This document shows positions 50,313 through 60,225 of a stretch of 64,000 nt of DNA, piece by piece. This DNA comes from an uncultured Methylomirabilota bacterium. Lineage in GTDB: Bacteria > Methylomirabilota > Methylomirabilia > Methylomirabilales > 2-02-FULL-66-22. The stretch spans positions 3,904,001 to 3,968,000 of the forward strand of contig OY970067.1 of NCBI GenBank assembly GCA_963705305.1. The letters run 5' to 3'. A program made the position numbers and the translations under genes. Under the pieces are notes generated by a model. The model had not been told where the DNA came from and did no database searches. It was given only the letters and a program-made list of their open reading frames with translations. Every line of letters starts with the position of its first letter. The first letter of the stretch is position 1.

Positions 50313-52172
50313 ATGGAAATGCAGCGCGGAAGAAAGAACGGAACCGCCTTCTACGAGCTTCGGTGCATCTCCTGCGGGAAGAAGGTTCGGGAGACGGAGA
50401 GCAGCACCCGCTGTCCGGACTGCCGGCGGCCGTTGGCCGTCCAGTATGATTACGACTACATTCGCTCCCGGCTGAATCGCTACTCTCTTCGCAACTCTCC
50501 GATCAAGGCCCTGAAATATCTCGATTTTTACCCCCTCTTGAATCTGGACCTCGTGGTGTCCATGAACGAGGGAGGGACTCCCCTGTATCGGTGCACCCGC
50601 CTGGCAGAGCGTTTGGGTCTCCGGTATCTGTACATCAAGAACGAGGGGGCCAATCCCACGGGGGTGTTCAAGGACCGTGGCAGCTTGGTCGAGCTGACCA
50701 AGGCGAAAGAGCAAGGGGCGCAGGCGGTTTGCGTGGCCTCCACGGGAAACATGGCGGCCTCCGTGGCGGCGTACGCTTCGGTGGCCGGGATTCCGTGCTA
50801 TGTGCTGGTGCCTGAGGGTACGCCGATCGGAAAGCTGGCGCAGGCGCTGTCGTATGGTGCGCGCTTGCTTCAGGTGCGGGGAACGTACAATGATGCCGCC
50901 CGCCTCACCGAAGGCATGAGCGAGCGGCACGGCTTTTACCTGGCCGGCGATTATGCGTTTCGGGTGGAGGGACAGAAATCCCAGGCCTTCGAGATCATCG
51001 AGCAGCTGGACTGGAGATCTCCGGCTGCCGTCATCGTTCCGGTGGGCTGTGGAACGAATATTGCGGCGCTCTGGAAGGGCTTCAAGGAATTCTACGAGCT
51101 GGGGCTGATCGATCGGCTGCCGCGCATGATCGGCGTTCAGGCGGATGGATGCGCACCCATCGTTTCGGCTTTCCAGCACGGCGCAGATCAGGTCGTGCCG
51201 GTGGAAAAGCCCTATACCGTCTGCTCGGCGGTGGCGGCGGGGGATCCCGTGGACGGCGCCAAGGCGCTGGCGGCGCTGCGCGAGTCCGGCGGCTGCGCCG
51301 TGGTCCTTACCGACACCGAGATCCTGGAGTCCCAGCAGCAGCTCGCGCACCTGGAGAGCGTCTTCGTAGAGCCAGCGGGGGCCATTCCGATCGCCACCCT
51401 TCCCACTCTTCTCATGTCGGGCCGAATCCGTCCCGACGAAGAGATCGTCTGCCTGGCGACGGGGAATGGGCTGAAAGACCCCAGGGCGGCACTGCGGGTC
51501 CTACCCTCACCGGCTACCATCGAGCCGACGATGGCGGAAGTGGATAAGTTTCTCAGACTCCGATTGTACGAGATCCGGGCGGCGGGAGCGCGGGACGGGA
51601 AGCGAAGCCTCTTTGCCCAGATTCCCAGCCAGCGCCAGGTAGTCGAAACCGTTCGGCAGGAGCTGGGTGTCAAGCTGACGTTGGAGATCGCCCAGCGAGT
51701 CACCGCGCTGGTGACCGATTTTGTCAAGAAAGGCAAATCTACGACCAAGGGCGACCTCCAATATATTGTCGAGAATGTTCTGAAGGCCCTGTCAGAGCAG
51801 GCTCCGATCCTGCAGGTGGAGGATTTCCGCGTGACGACCTCGCTCAAGGGGCAGGCCGAGGCGAAGGTATGGATCGTTTTCGACGGCGAGCGGGTCCAGG
51901 CCGAGGCGGCGGGCGTGGGTCCGGTGGACGCGGTTGTCGGTGCGCTGAAGCGAGCTGCCGAGGGCCGGGGGAAACTGTTTGTCGAGTTGGTGGATTTTCA
52001 GGTCGAGATTAACTCTCCGGGCACGGATGCGTCGGTCGAGACCACGATCACCATGAGGGACGGCAAGAATACCCGTGTAGTGGCCACCGGGACCTCTCCG
52101 GATGTCATCGTGGCCTCCGTGAATGCATTTGTTGAAGGATACAACGCCCTGTGGGCGCGCCAGAAATCGTGA
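50313..52172 (+). CDS. thrC: threonine synthase with a C-terminal LeuA/CimA-type allosteric module
   Basis: N-terminal CxxC..CxxC, PLP-Lys motif NPTGVFKDRG, ASTGN, VPVGCGTN, TGNGLKD; C-terminal GVGPVDA..GTSPDVIVASV.A. Confidence 0.9.
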   Translation: MEMQRGRKNGTAFYELRCISCGKKVRETESSTRCPDCRRPLAVQYDYDYIRSRLNRYSLRNSPIKALKYLDFYPLLNLDLVVSMNEGGTPLYRCTRLAERLGLRYLYIKNEGANPTGVFKDRGSLVELTKAKEQGAQAVCVASTGNMAASVAAYASVAGIPCYVLVPEGTPIGKLAQALSYGARLLQVRGTYNDAARLTEGMSERHGFYLAGDYAFRVEGQKSQAFEIIEQLDWRSPAAVIVPVGCGTNIAALWKGFKEFYELGLIDRLPRMIGVQADGCAPIVSAFQHGADQVVPVEKPYTVCSAVAAGDPVDGAKALAALRESGGCAVVLTDTEILESQQQLAHLESVFVEPAGAIPIATLPTLLMSGRIRPDEEIVCLATGNGLKDPRAALRVLPSPATIEPTMAEVDKFLRLRLYEIRAAGARDGKRSLFAQIPSQRQVVETVRQELGVKLTLEIAQRVTALVTDFVKKGKSTTKGDLQYIVENVLKALSEQAPILQVEDFRVTTSLKGQAEAKVWIVFDGERVQAEAAGVGPVDAVVGALKRAAEGRGKLFVELVDFQVEINSPGTDASVETTITMRDGKNTRVVATGTSPDVIVASVNAFVEGYNALWARQKS

Positions 52173-52230
52173 TCCGGGCTTGCGATTCACCAGGGGTCAC
52201 GAGCGTGCCTGGGGAGGCGCAGGGGTAAAA

Positions 52231-52258
52231 CGGGCCGGGAATTTAGACTCCCGGCCCG
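52231..52258 (+). terminator. hairpin after thrC
   Basis: CGGGCCGGGA-atttagac-TCCCGGCCCG; weak U-tract. Confidence 0.45.
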
Positions 52259-52463
52259 CGCATTTACGGGCCAGGTGTGCCCGCATTTTCCGGGCCGCTG
52301 CGGCACGGCAGTCTTCCTAAGAAAATGGCATGCTTTCCGCATCACGCTCATATGGGGCCTGCGGTTCCCCCGGTCTTGCAGTCGTCCTGGGCGGGAAGCC
52401 GGGAGGCGCCCGGTACGGTATGTTCGGGAGATCGGGTAGAGCTTCGGAGCGGTGCGCTGTCCA

Positions 52464-52472
52464 TGATATAAT
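52464..52472 (+). promoter_or_regulatory. extended -10 promoter for ruvX-mltG
   Basis: TG-A-TATAAT. Confidence 0.55.
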
Positions 52473-52580
52473 AACCCGGCGGCTGGAAGGGCCGGCCGGC
52501 GGCAGGGGCAGAGGTCCGGGACGCGTGTCGGGAGGATCGGCCGCATCTGGCGGGATCCGGTTGCGGCAGTCAGGGAAGTT

Positions 52581-53018
52581 ATGGGAAAGATCTTGGCCAT
52601 CGACTGGGGACGCGCCGTCCTGGGGCTGGCGGTCAGCGACGAGCTTGGATTCAGCGCCCATGCGGTGGCCAGTCTGCCGCGATCCGGCGATGCCGAAGAT
52701 CTCCAGGCGATCGCCGCGTACGTGCGCAGCCTGGGGGTTGAGACGATCGTCGTCGGCCACCCGAAGAACATGGATGGAACGGTGGGTGCGTCGGCAGAAG
52801 CCGCGCAATCCTTCGCAGGGCTCTTGCGCGAGCGGCTGGGCCTGCCGGTGCATCTGTGGGATGAACGGCTCAGCACGCTGGCGGCGCAGCGGGCGCTGGC
52901 AAGCGCGGGGAAGCGGGGGCGCGCCCAGCGGGCGCTCGTCGACCAGGTGGCGGCGACAATCATCCTCCAGGGATACTTGGATCGTCAGCGACTGACGCGC
53001 GAGCGAGGAGAAGTCTGA
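52581..53018 (+). CDS. ruvX: YqgF/RuvX pre-16S rRNA nuclease
   Basis: ILAIDWG..GLAVSD, VVGHP.NMDG, WDERLST, VDQVAA.IILQGYLD. Confidence 0.95.
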   Translation: MGKILAIDWGRAVLGLAVSDELGFSAHAVASLPRSGDAEDLQAIAAYVRSLGVETIVVGHPKNMDGTVGASAEAAQSFAGLLRERLGLPVHLWDERLSTLAAQRALASAGKRGRAQRALVDQVAATIILQGYLDRQRLTRERGEV

Positions 53019-53021
53019 CGC

Positions 53022-54050
53022 ATGCCTAGCGTTCTGTCCGAGCGCCTGCGGGGCTTCTGGCCGATTTTCCTGGCCCTCCTGCTGACCGCCGTCGGCGTCC
53101 GGACCTACCTGCAGACCGTCCCGATCCGGCCCCCCGGTGTCGATGGGACCGCCCGACGGGTTATCTATATCAAGCCCAAGACCGGCGTCCAGGAGATCGC
53201 CCGCACGCTCCGCGAGGAGGGGGTGGTCCGGAGTTCGTGGGCCTTCATGGCACTCGCCTACCTCCAGGGCTCGATGACGCGCCTCCACGCCGGGGAGTAC
53301 GAGTTCAGCGTGGGGATGCCGCTTCTGGATGTCCTGCGGAAGCTGGAAGCCGGACGGGTGATCACCCACCAGGTCACCATTCCCGAAGGGTTCACCGCCC
53401 AGGATATTGCGAACCTCCTCGCCAGCGAGCAGCTGGTGGATCCCGATCGATTCATGGCGCTGGTGCAGGACGGCCAGTTCGTGGAAAGCCTGGGCCTGCC
53501 GGGCGAGACCCTCGAGGGCTATCTCTTTCCCGACACCTATCGTCTCACGCGGGGGATGAGCGAGGAGGAGATCCTGCGCCTCATGGTCGCCCGCTTCCGC
53601 CAGGCCCTGCCGCGCGATTTCGCGGCGCGGGCGGAACGCCTGGGGCTGGACGTTCACGAGGCGGTGATCCTGGCCTCGCTGATCGAGAAAGAGGCCACAT
53701 TGAACAGCGAGCGGCCGGTCATTGCCGCGGTCTTCTATAACCGGCTGCGGCGGAACATGCCGCTGCAATCCGACCCCTCTGCGGTCTATCGCGTCTCGGG
53801 GAGCAAGCGCTACGTCACCGCGCGGGATCTCCAGCAGGAAAGCCCCTACAACACCTACCTGCACACCGGGCTGCCTCCCGGTCCTATCGCCAATCCGGGG
53901 CTGGCCTCCCTGCTGGCGGCGGCCAATCCGGCCCATACGTCCTATCTCTATTTCGTTGCCAAGAACGACGGATCGCACTATTTTTCCCACACGCTGGATG
54001 AGCATGCGCGAGCCGTCCGTCTGTACCAGGGGGCCGAGAAGGGCCGCTAG
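53022..54050 (+). CDS. mltG: endolytic transglycosylase
   Basis: TIPEG, EGYLFPDTY, LASLIEKE, NRL...MPLQSDP, SPYNTY..GLPPGPIANPG. Confidence 0.96.
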   Translation: MPSVLSERLRGFWPIFLALLLTAVGVRTYLQTVPIRPPGVDGTARRVIYIKPKTGVQEIARTLREEGVVRSSWAFMALAYLQGSMTRLHAGEYEFSVGMPLLDVLRKLEAGRVITHQVTIPEGFTAQDIANLLASEQLVDPDRFMALVQDGQFVESLGLPGETLEGYLFPDTYRLTRGMSEEEILRLMVARFRQALPRDFAARAERLGLDVHEAVILASLIEKEATLNSERPVIAAVFYNRLRRNMPLQSDPSAVYRVSGSKRYVTARDLQQESPYNTYLHTGLPPGPIANPGLASLLAAANPAHTSYLYFVAKNDGSHYFSHTLDEHARAVRLYQGAEKGR

Positions 54051-54133
54051 GGCGCGGGCTCGGCGGAGATCGGGAGGCGAAGTCTCTGGCCGCAATTCAC
54101 CGGACGAGGATGCTGCGAGGGGCGGAGGGTTGG

Positions 54134-54892
54134 ATGAAACGAGTGACCGGGGTCATGCTCCTGGGGTTGCTGCTGGCGGCGGTGGCCGCCTGTACCGGAC
54201 CGGAGGCCGAGCGGGACAAACAGGGGTCGGGCCAGCTCCATTACGACATCGGGGTGGGCTCGCTGGCCGAGAATAATCTGAGCAAGGCCATCGATGAGCT
54301 CCGGGCGGCGGTCCAGGCGGATCCGCGCAACGCGCGATACGACTATGCGCTGGGCAACGCGTACTTGCGAAACCAGCAGGCGGACCAGGCCATCCTGGCA
54401 TTCCGGAAGGCCGTGGAGCTGGATCCGCGCCTGTCCGACGCGTACGACGATCTTGGCGTGGCTTATATGATGCAGGAGAAGTGGGATCCTGCCATTGACG
54501 CGTTCCGGAAGGCCCTGGCGAACCCGCGCTATCTGACCCCCGACCGAACCTACATGCATCTGGGCACGCTCTACTACATCCGCAAGCAGTACGAGCTGGC
54601 GGATGAGATGTTTCGGAAGCTGCTGGATATTGCGCCGCAGTCCCCGGACGCCCATTTCTGGCTGGGGCGGACCTTCCTGGCGCAGGGCAAGTTGAAAGAG
54701 GCTCAGGACGAGCTCCAGAAAGCGATCGGGATCGACGGGATGGTCCCCATCTTCCATCTTGAATTGGGGGCGGCGCGCATGCGGGCCGGCAACGCGGCGG
54801 GAGCTCGGACGAGCTTCGAGCGCGTGATCGAGCTCAGCCCGGCGAGCGTCGAAGCGGCTCAGGCCCGGCGCTACATGCAAGAGTTGAAATAG
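54134..54892 (+). CDS. TPR lipoprotein (PilF/PilW-like)
   Basis: lipobox VAAC; tandem TPRs; ALANPRYLTP. Confidence 0.8.
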   Translation: MKRVTGVMLLGLLLAAVAACTGPEAERDKQGSGQLHYDIGVGSLAENNLSKAIDELRAAVQADPRNARYDYALGNAYLRNQQADQAILAFRKAVELDPRLSDAYDDLGVAYMMQEKWDPAIDAFRKALANPRYLTPDRTYMHLGTLYYIRKQYELADEMFRKLLDIAPQSPDAHFWLGRTFLAQGKLKEAQDELQKAIGIDGMVPIFHLELGAARMRAGNAAGARTSFERVIELSPASVEAAQARRYMQELK

Positions 54893-54981
54893 GCGGTCCC
54901 TCCGACGCCGCCGGGGGCGCGCCTCCTGCGTGACAGGTGCTCCCCCGGTCAGATGGTGCTGAAGGGCAGGGAGAGGGCGGC

Positions 54982-55494
54982 GTGGGCAGGGACGCGGGGC
55001 GACAATCCGGATGGTCGGACCACCTCGAGCGGCTGGCACGAATCATCCCCGGCCTCGGCCGGTACCAGGACCGTGAGGGCCTCCGCGAGACCGACAAGCG
55101 GGTCCGGACGCATCTCGCCGACCGGCTCGACGACACGAGGCGCGTTCTGGGCGAGAGCCAGCGACGCGTGGCGGAGGGGCGCAATCTGGATCGCGTACCG
55201 GCCATGGAGCGGATCGGCCGCCGTCTGGGGACCCTGGCCGACCGCATCCGCTACGCCAGCTACGGCTTCGCCGGCGTCTTCGATCTGCAGAAGGTCCGGG
55301 AGACCGAGCTTCTGTCGCTGCACCGGCTCGACGTTGCGCTGGCGGACGCCGCCCCCGTCCTGCAGGAGCGTATCCGGGGACTGGCGGCGGCCGGGGAGTC
55401 TGGTTTCCCGGAGGCCCTGCTGGCAACCGAGGAGGCATTGAACCAGTTCGAGGAAAAGCTGGATCGACGCGAGCGGGCGGCAGGCCGCCTGTAA
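54982..55494 (+). CDS. helical hypothetical protein, first gene of the SPFH operon
   Basis: IPG.G.YQDRE..RETDK..R and IRYASYGFAG.FD; coiled-coil-like; RBS GGAGAGG. Confidence 0.75.
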   Translation: MGRDAGRQSGWSDHLERLARIIPGLGRYQDREGLRETDKRVRTHLADRLDDTRRVLGESQRRVAEGRNLDRVPAMERIGRRLGTLADRIRYASYGFAGVFDLQKVRETELLSLHRLDVALADAAPVLQERIRGLAAAGESGFPEALLATEEALNQFEEKLDRRERAAGRL

Positions 55495-55506
55495 ACGGGA
55501 GGTCCC

Positions 55507-56652
55507 ATGAGCGTGGCCCTGGAAGTCATCGAGTGGTTGGATCCAGACGGTCGGCTGCTCGTGCACCGCTTTCCCGAGGAGGGCTCCACGGACATCAAGA
55601 TGGGGGCCCAGCTCATCGTCCGCGAGAGCCAGGCCGCCGTCTTCTTCCGCGACGGCAAGGGGCTGGACGTCTTCGGCCCTGGCCGCCACACACTGTCCAC
55701 CCTGAATCTCCCGATTCTCACCCGGCTGCTGAGCCTCCCCTGGGGTTTCACCAGCCCGTTCCGGGCCGAGGTCTACTTCGTCAACTTGCGGGTCTTCACC
55801 GAGTTGAAGTGGGGCACCCAAGAGCCGGTGGCCTTCAAAGACAAGGAGCTGGGCCTGGTCCGCCTGCGGGCCTTCGGCATCTTCACGGCGCGCGTCACCC
55901 AGCCTCTCCTGTTCGTAAATACGCTGGTCGGCACCCAGGGTGCCTACACGTCGGATCAGATAGACACCTATCTCCGGGAGGTGATCGTCTCGCGGCTGAA
56001 CGACTTCCTGGGCGAGCACATGGAGACGATCCTTCAGCTGCCGAAGCAGTACGATGAGATCGGTGCGGCGGTGAAGGCGCGGCTGCAGGACGACTTTCAC
56101 CGCTACGGGCTGGAGTTGATCGATTTCTTCATCAATGCCATTACGCCCCCTCCCAACGTCCAGCGGATGATGGACGAACGCTCCGGAATGGCCGCGGTGG
56201 GCAACCTGGACGACTTCATGAAATACAAGGCCGCCAAGGCGCTGGGAGATGCGGCGGCGGGCATCGGGAGCGGGGGGGCCGGTGCGGGCGGGGCGGGCCT
56301 GGGGATGGGGGCCGGTCTGGGATTCCTGCTGCCCGGGATGCTCTACCGAACGCTGCGACCCGAAGACGCGGACCCCCAGCGCATCCAAGAGCGCGGCACG
56401 GTCAATTGCCCCAAGTGTCATGCCGAGGTTCCATTGACGGGACGCTTCTGCCCCGCCTGCGGGAACCAGATGGTGGTGGCCAACAAGTGCCCTCGCTGTG
56501 GCGAGAACGTGACCGCCGAAGCGAAATTCTGCCCCGCCTGCGGCGTGAATTTGAAAGAGACGTTCGCCTGTCCCCACTGTCGCGCGACGCTTCCGCCCGG
56601 AACGAAGTTCTGTCCGAGCTGTGGTGAATCCGCGGTTCCACCGGCGCCGTGA
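55507..56652 (+). CDS. SPFH/Band-7 (YdjI-like) protein with C-terminal double zinc ribbons
   Basis: QLIVRESQAAVFF.DG, GPGRHTLST.NLP, SPF.AEVYFVN, KWGT; six CPxC motifs. Confidence 0.9.
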   Translation: MSVALEVIEWLDPDGRLLVHRFPEEGSTDIKMGAQLIVRESQAAVFFRDGKGLDVFGPGRHTLSTLNLPILTRLLSLPWGFTSPFRAEVYFVNLRVFTELKWGTQEPVAFKDKELGLVRLRAFGIFTARVTQPLLFVNTLVGTQGAYTSDQIDTYLREVIVSRLNDFLGEHMETILQLPKQYDEIGAAVKARLQDDFHRYGLELIDFFINAITPPPNVQRMMDERSGMAAVGNLDDFMKYKAAKALGDAAAGIGSGGAGAGGAGLGMGAGLGFLLPGMLYRTLRPEDADPQRIQERGTVNCPKCHAEVPLTGRFCPACGNQMVVANKCPRCGENVTAEAKFCPACGVNLKETFACPHCRATLPPGTKFCPSCGESAVPPAP

Positions 56653-57392
56653 AGATTCCCTGCCCCCAATGCGGGGGCGAGGTCGTGCCCCAGGAGGCCG
56701 CAGGATTCGTCGTCTGCCCCTTCTGCGGCACCGGCCTGGTGCTGGACCTGACCGGCGTCCGGCGCCACTTCCTGTACCGCCCCCGCCGGGCCGTGGCGGA
56801 TGTGCTGCCCCTCCTGCGGCGCTGGTGCGATGCGCACGCGTTTCCGCGCCTCTCCTCGCTTTCTTCCCCCCGCCTCACCTATTATCCGTTCTGGCGCTAT
56901 GAAGGTCGGGGCCGCCCCAGGCTCATTCCGGGTTGGACGACGCTGGAAGGGCGGTGGACGGCAGTTGCCGCACCCGAGGCAGAGCAGGTGCTGTTCGACC
57001 CCTCGAGCGTGGGCGGGGCGCGCGTGGTGGAGGCCGATGTCGCCGAGCTCGCCGCACGCGCGCGCCTTTCGGGAACGGAGGATGCGGGGGCCGGCGACCT
57101 CGTGCACGTGCCCTTTTACGAGCTGACGTTCGCAATCGGCGACAGCCGGATGGACGCCGCCCTGGACGCTTGTTCGGGCCAGGTCTATCCTAGGCAGCTT
57201 CCGCCCAATCTCGATCCCCGGGGGGGAGGCGGCCGGGGGGGCGCTGACCTCTGGACGGGCCTGCTGGGGTTCGCCGTGATGGTGCTGGAAGCGGTGATTT
57301 TCCCCACCACGTGGAGCGCCGCCGTGGCGGTCGGGCTCACCGCATGGGCGTTGTACTGGCTGCTGGCCTGTGCCGACGCGGGAGCGGCCTGA
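56649..57392 (+). CDS. Zn-ribbon membrane protein (YdjG-like)
   Basis: CPQCGG..CPFCG, YYPFW, VPFY, DACSGQV, two C-terminal TM helices. Confidence 0.75.
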   Translation: MKIPCPQCGGEVVPQEAAGFVVCPFCGTGLVLDLTGVRRHFLYRPRRAVADVLPLLRRWCDAHAFPRLSSLSSPRLTYYPFWRYEGRGRPRLIPGWTTLEGRWTAVAAPEAEQVLFDPSSVGGARVVEADVAELAARARLSGTEDAGAGDLVHVPFYELTFAIGDSRMDAALDACSGQVYPRQLPPNLDPRGGGGRGGADLWTGLLGFAVMVLEAVIFPTTWSAAVAVGLTAWALYWLLACADAGAA

Positions 57393-57465
57393 CCGCTGCC
57401 TCGGCCGCCCCCGGGCGCCGTCCGGGGGGCTTCCGTGCACACGAGGGAAAAAGGACGGGACGACC

Positions 57466-58524
57466 GTGGGGCTCAACCATCTCGGATGCCCATCCTGCGG
57501 GGGGACGCTGACCGTGGCCGAAGGCCAGCGGACGATCCGCTGCGCCTACTGTGGGGGCGAGCACCTGGTCCTCGTTCCGGGGGCGGTTCCTCGTTACGCT
57601 GTGTCCCCGGAGATCGATCGGGAAGGTGCCCGCGCCGCAGCGGAGCAGGTCCTGCGCCGGCCGGTCCTTCCCCGTGCCCTGCGACGGCGGGGGCGGATCC
57701 AGGAGGTGGCGCTGTGCTACGCCCCCTTCTACGAGTTCACCGGGACCCGCGTCGGGACCTTCCGCCTCCAGGTGGCCGAGCGGCGGCCGACGCGGGACCC
57801 GGCAGCCGATGAGCCCGACCCCGCGCAGCGGCTCCAGGAGGTACCGGCCGAGCGGACCGACACGCGGGTTATCCAGCAGGGGTATCTCCGGGTGGAGCCC
57901 GCCTGCAGCCTGCCGGAGCTGGGGACGGCTCGGATCCCGCTGGCAGAGCTGCGTCGCGGGCGCCGGCCGGTGGGCCTGGAGCCGTTCGACCTGGTGGAGC
58001 TCCAGCGCCGGGCCGTGGTCTTCGCCCCGACCCAGCCGATGACCGGCTTCGTCGAGGACTCCCAGCGGCACATCCAGGCCGCAGGGGACAAGACGCGGAT
58101 GGTCGAGGGCCAGGCCAAGGTTCTCTACTATCCCGTCTGGCAGGCCCGCTATCGCTACCAGGGCCGCCCCTACGAGATTGCCGTTGACGGGGTAAGCGGG
58201 GCGGTCCTGGCCGCCCGGGTCCCGCGGAGCATCGGGCTCGCGACGGCCCTGGCGGTGGGCATCCTGGCGGTGGGCGCCCTGTGCGTCGGCCGTCCGGCCC
58301 AGGCCTTCGCACGGCGCATGGCCATCCTGGGAGGCACAAGCGGTCGGCTTTTCGGATGGGTAGGCTGCCTGGGATGGGTGCTCCTGGGCGGAGCGGTCGT
58401 CTGCGTCGTGGCCTGGACTGCCTGGAAGGTGGCCGGGCGGGGCGGCGACCTGTTCCTGGACGAAGGGCCAGCCCCCCCTCCGTCGGACGTGACGCCAGGG
58501 GGCCGCGAGCCCGGACAGAGCTGA
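57466..58524 (+). CDS. Zn-ribbon membrane protein (YdjG-like)
   Basis: CPSCGG..CAYCG, YAPFY, YYPVW..YRYQGR.Y..VDGVSG, C-terminal TM helices. Confidence 0.78.
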   Translation: MGLNHLGCPSCGGTLTVAEGQRTIRCAYCGGEHLVLVPGAVPRYAVSPEIDREGARAAAEQVLRRPVLPRALRRRGRIQEVALCYAPFYEFTGTRVGTFRLQVAERRPTRDPAADEPDPAQRLQEVPAERTDTRVIQQGYLRVEPACSLPELGTARIPLAELRRGRRPVGLEPFDLVELQRRAVVFAPTQPMTGFVEDSQRHIQAAGDKTRMVEGQAKVLYYPVWQARYRYQGRPYEIAVDGVSGAVLAARVPRSIGLATALAVGILAVGALCVGRPAQAFARRMAILGGTSGRLFGWVGCLGWVLLGGAVVCVVAWTAWKVAGRGGDLFLDEGPAPPPSDVTPGGREPGQS

Positions 58525-58525
58525 C

Positions 58526-59185
58526 ATGGACCAGCCGACGATTTTGCCTCTCCGCTGCCCGGGGTGCGGCGACCTGCTTCTCGGGCTCCAGCACGACGCG
58601 GTGTTCTGGTGCCGGGGCTGCGGCACCCCCCAGGAGGTCATCGGTACAGAGCTGGTCGGGCGGCGGGGCAGCCGGGCGCGGGCGGATGCCGAGCCGGCCG
58701 ACCGGATCGTGCACTTGCCCATATGGGCGCTTCGCGTGAGCTACACGCTCCAGTGCGAGGATCGCCAGCGTGCGGCCCTGATGCGGCAGGTTCCTCCGAT
58801 CGAGTGGGTGTACGTCACCGGCTTCATGCTGCATAATGCCTGGTACTTCGGGGATCCGGGGATGGTCTTCACCGAAAAGCGGGTGACCCTGCAACCGCCG
58901 GAAGCCGCGGACAAACCGCAGCCGGCGATCGGATGCACGCGCGGCCTAGAGGCCGCCCGGGACTACGTGGAGCCCCACCTGCTCGCCATCATCGATCGGC
59001 GGGTGGATGTCGCGGGGCTCACGCTGCAGTGGAATGTGAGCGACGCCGTCCTCTGGGCGGTGCCGTTTCACGACGAGGGGAAGATGCTACGGGACGCCAT
59101 TGTGGGCTGGCGCTTCCCGGCGGCGGCCGTGACCGGCATCGGGTCCATCCGGGGCCATGCCGGGGGCGGCGGCGATGCACGATGA
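58526..59185 (+). CDS. Zn-ribbon hypothetical protein
   Basis: LRCPGCG..FWCRGCG, LPIW, WAVPF; ATGA overlap with rlmN. Confidence 0.72.
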   Translation: MDQPTILPLRCPGCGDLLLGLQHDAVFWCRGCGTPQEVIGTELVGRRGSRARADAEPADRIVHLPIWALRVSYTLQCEDRQRAALMRQVPPIEWVYVTGFMLHNAWYFGDPGMVFTEKRVTLQPPEAADKPQPAIGCTRGLEAARDYVEPHLLAIIDRRVDVAGLTLQWNVSDAVLWAVPFHDEGKMLRDAIVGWRFPAAAVTGIGSIRGHAGGGGDAR

Positions 59186-60225
59186 CGACCACGCGGGCGG
59201 ATCTGGTCGGTCTCCTGAGCTCGGAGATGGAAGAGCTCCTGGCAGAGCTGGGAAAGCCGCGCTACAAGGGGCGGCAGCTGTTCCAGTGGGTGCATGCGCG
59301 CCGGGCCGTGGCTCTCGATAGTATGACGGATCTCTCCAAGCCGCTGCGGGTCCTCCTGGCAGAGCGCGTCAGCATCGGCCGCCCCGAGCCGGTGCGGGGC
59401 CAGCGGGCCGGGGACGGCACGCGGAAATTCCTGCTTCGCCTGGCGGACGGGGAAGAGATCGAAAGCGTCCTGATCCCCGACGAGGGCCGCCTCACCGCCT
59501 GCATCTCGACCCAGGTCGGCTGCCCTCTGGCCTGCCGCTTTTGCCTCACGGGTCTCATGGGAATGCGGCGGAATCTGCGGGCGTCGGAGATCGTCGGCCA
59601 GGTTTTGTGCCTGCAGGACCAGCTGGAGGAGGGGGAGAGGATCTCGAACATCGTCCTGATGGGGATGGGAGAGCCGCTTCTGAACTTCCCCGAGGTCGAG
59701 CGCGCAATTCTGATTCTCTGCGATTCTCATGGGGCCGATTTCTCGCCGCGCCGGATCACCCTGTCCACCGCCGGGCATGTCCCCGGCATCCGGAAGCTGG
59801 CCGCGTCCAATCTGGGGGTCAACCTGGCGGTGTCGCTGAGCGCCACGACCGATGCGGTGCGCGATGCCATCATGCCGATCAACAAGCGCTGGTCCCTGGC
59901 AGAGCTGCTGGAAGCCTGTCGTGCCTATCCGATCCCCAGCCGGCGGCGCCTCACGTTCGAGTACGTCCTGCTGGATGCTGTGAACGACTCGCCCGAAGAC
60001 GCGGGGCGGCTGGTCCGGCTGCTGCACGGCATTCGCTGCAAGATCAACCTCATCCCCCTGAACGCCTCCCCCGATCTTCCCGACCGGCCCCCGCCCCCGG
60101 CGCGGGTGGCGGCCTTCCAACAGGTGCTCCTGGATAAGGGCTTCACAGCCACGGTCCGGGAGAGCCGCGGTTGGGAGATCTCCGCCGCCTGCGGTATGCT
60201 CCGCATCGACCAGGGCAAAATATGA
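59182..60225 (+). CDS. rlmN: dual-specificity RNA methyltransferase RlmN
   Basis: DGTRKFL, CISTQVGCPLACRFC, MGMGEP, FEYVLL, ISAACG. Confidence 0.97.
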   Translation: MTTTRADLVGLLSSEMEELLAELGKPRYKGRQLFQWVHARRAVALDSMTDLSKPLRVLLAERVSIGRPEPVRGQRAGDGTRKFLLRLADGEEIESVLIPDEGRLTACISTQVGCPLACRFCLTGLMGMRRNLRASEIVGQVLCLQDQLEEGERISNIVLMGMGEPLLNFPEVERAILILCDSHGADFSPRRITLSTAGHVPGIRKLAASNLGVNLAVSLSATTDAVRDAIMPINKRWSLAELLEACRAYPIPSRRRLTFEYVLLDAVNDSPEDAGRLVRLLHGIRCKINLIPLNASPDLPDRPPPPARVAAFQQVLLDKGFTATVRESRGWEISAACGMLRIDQGKI

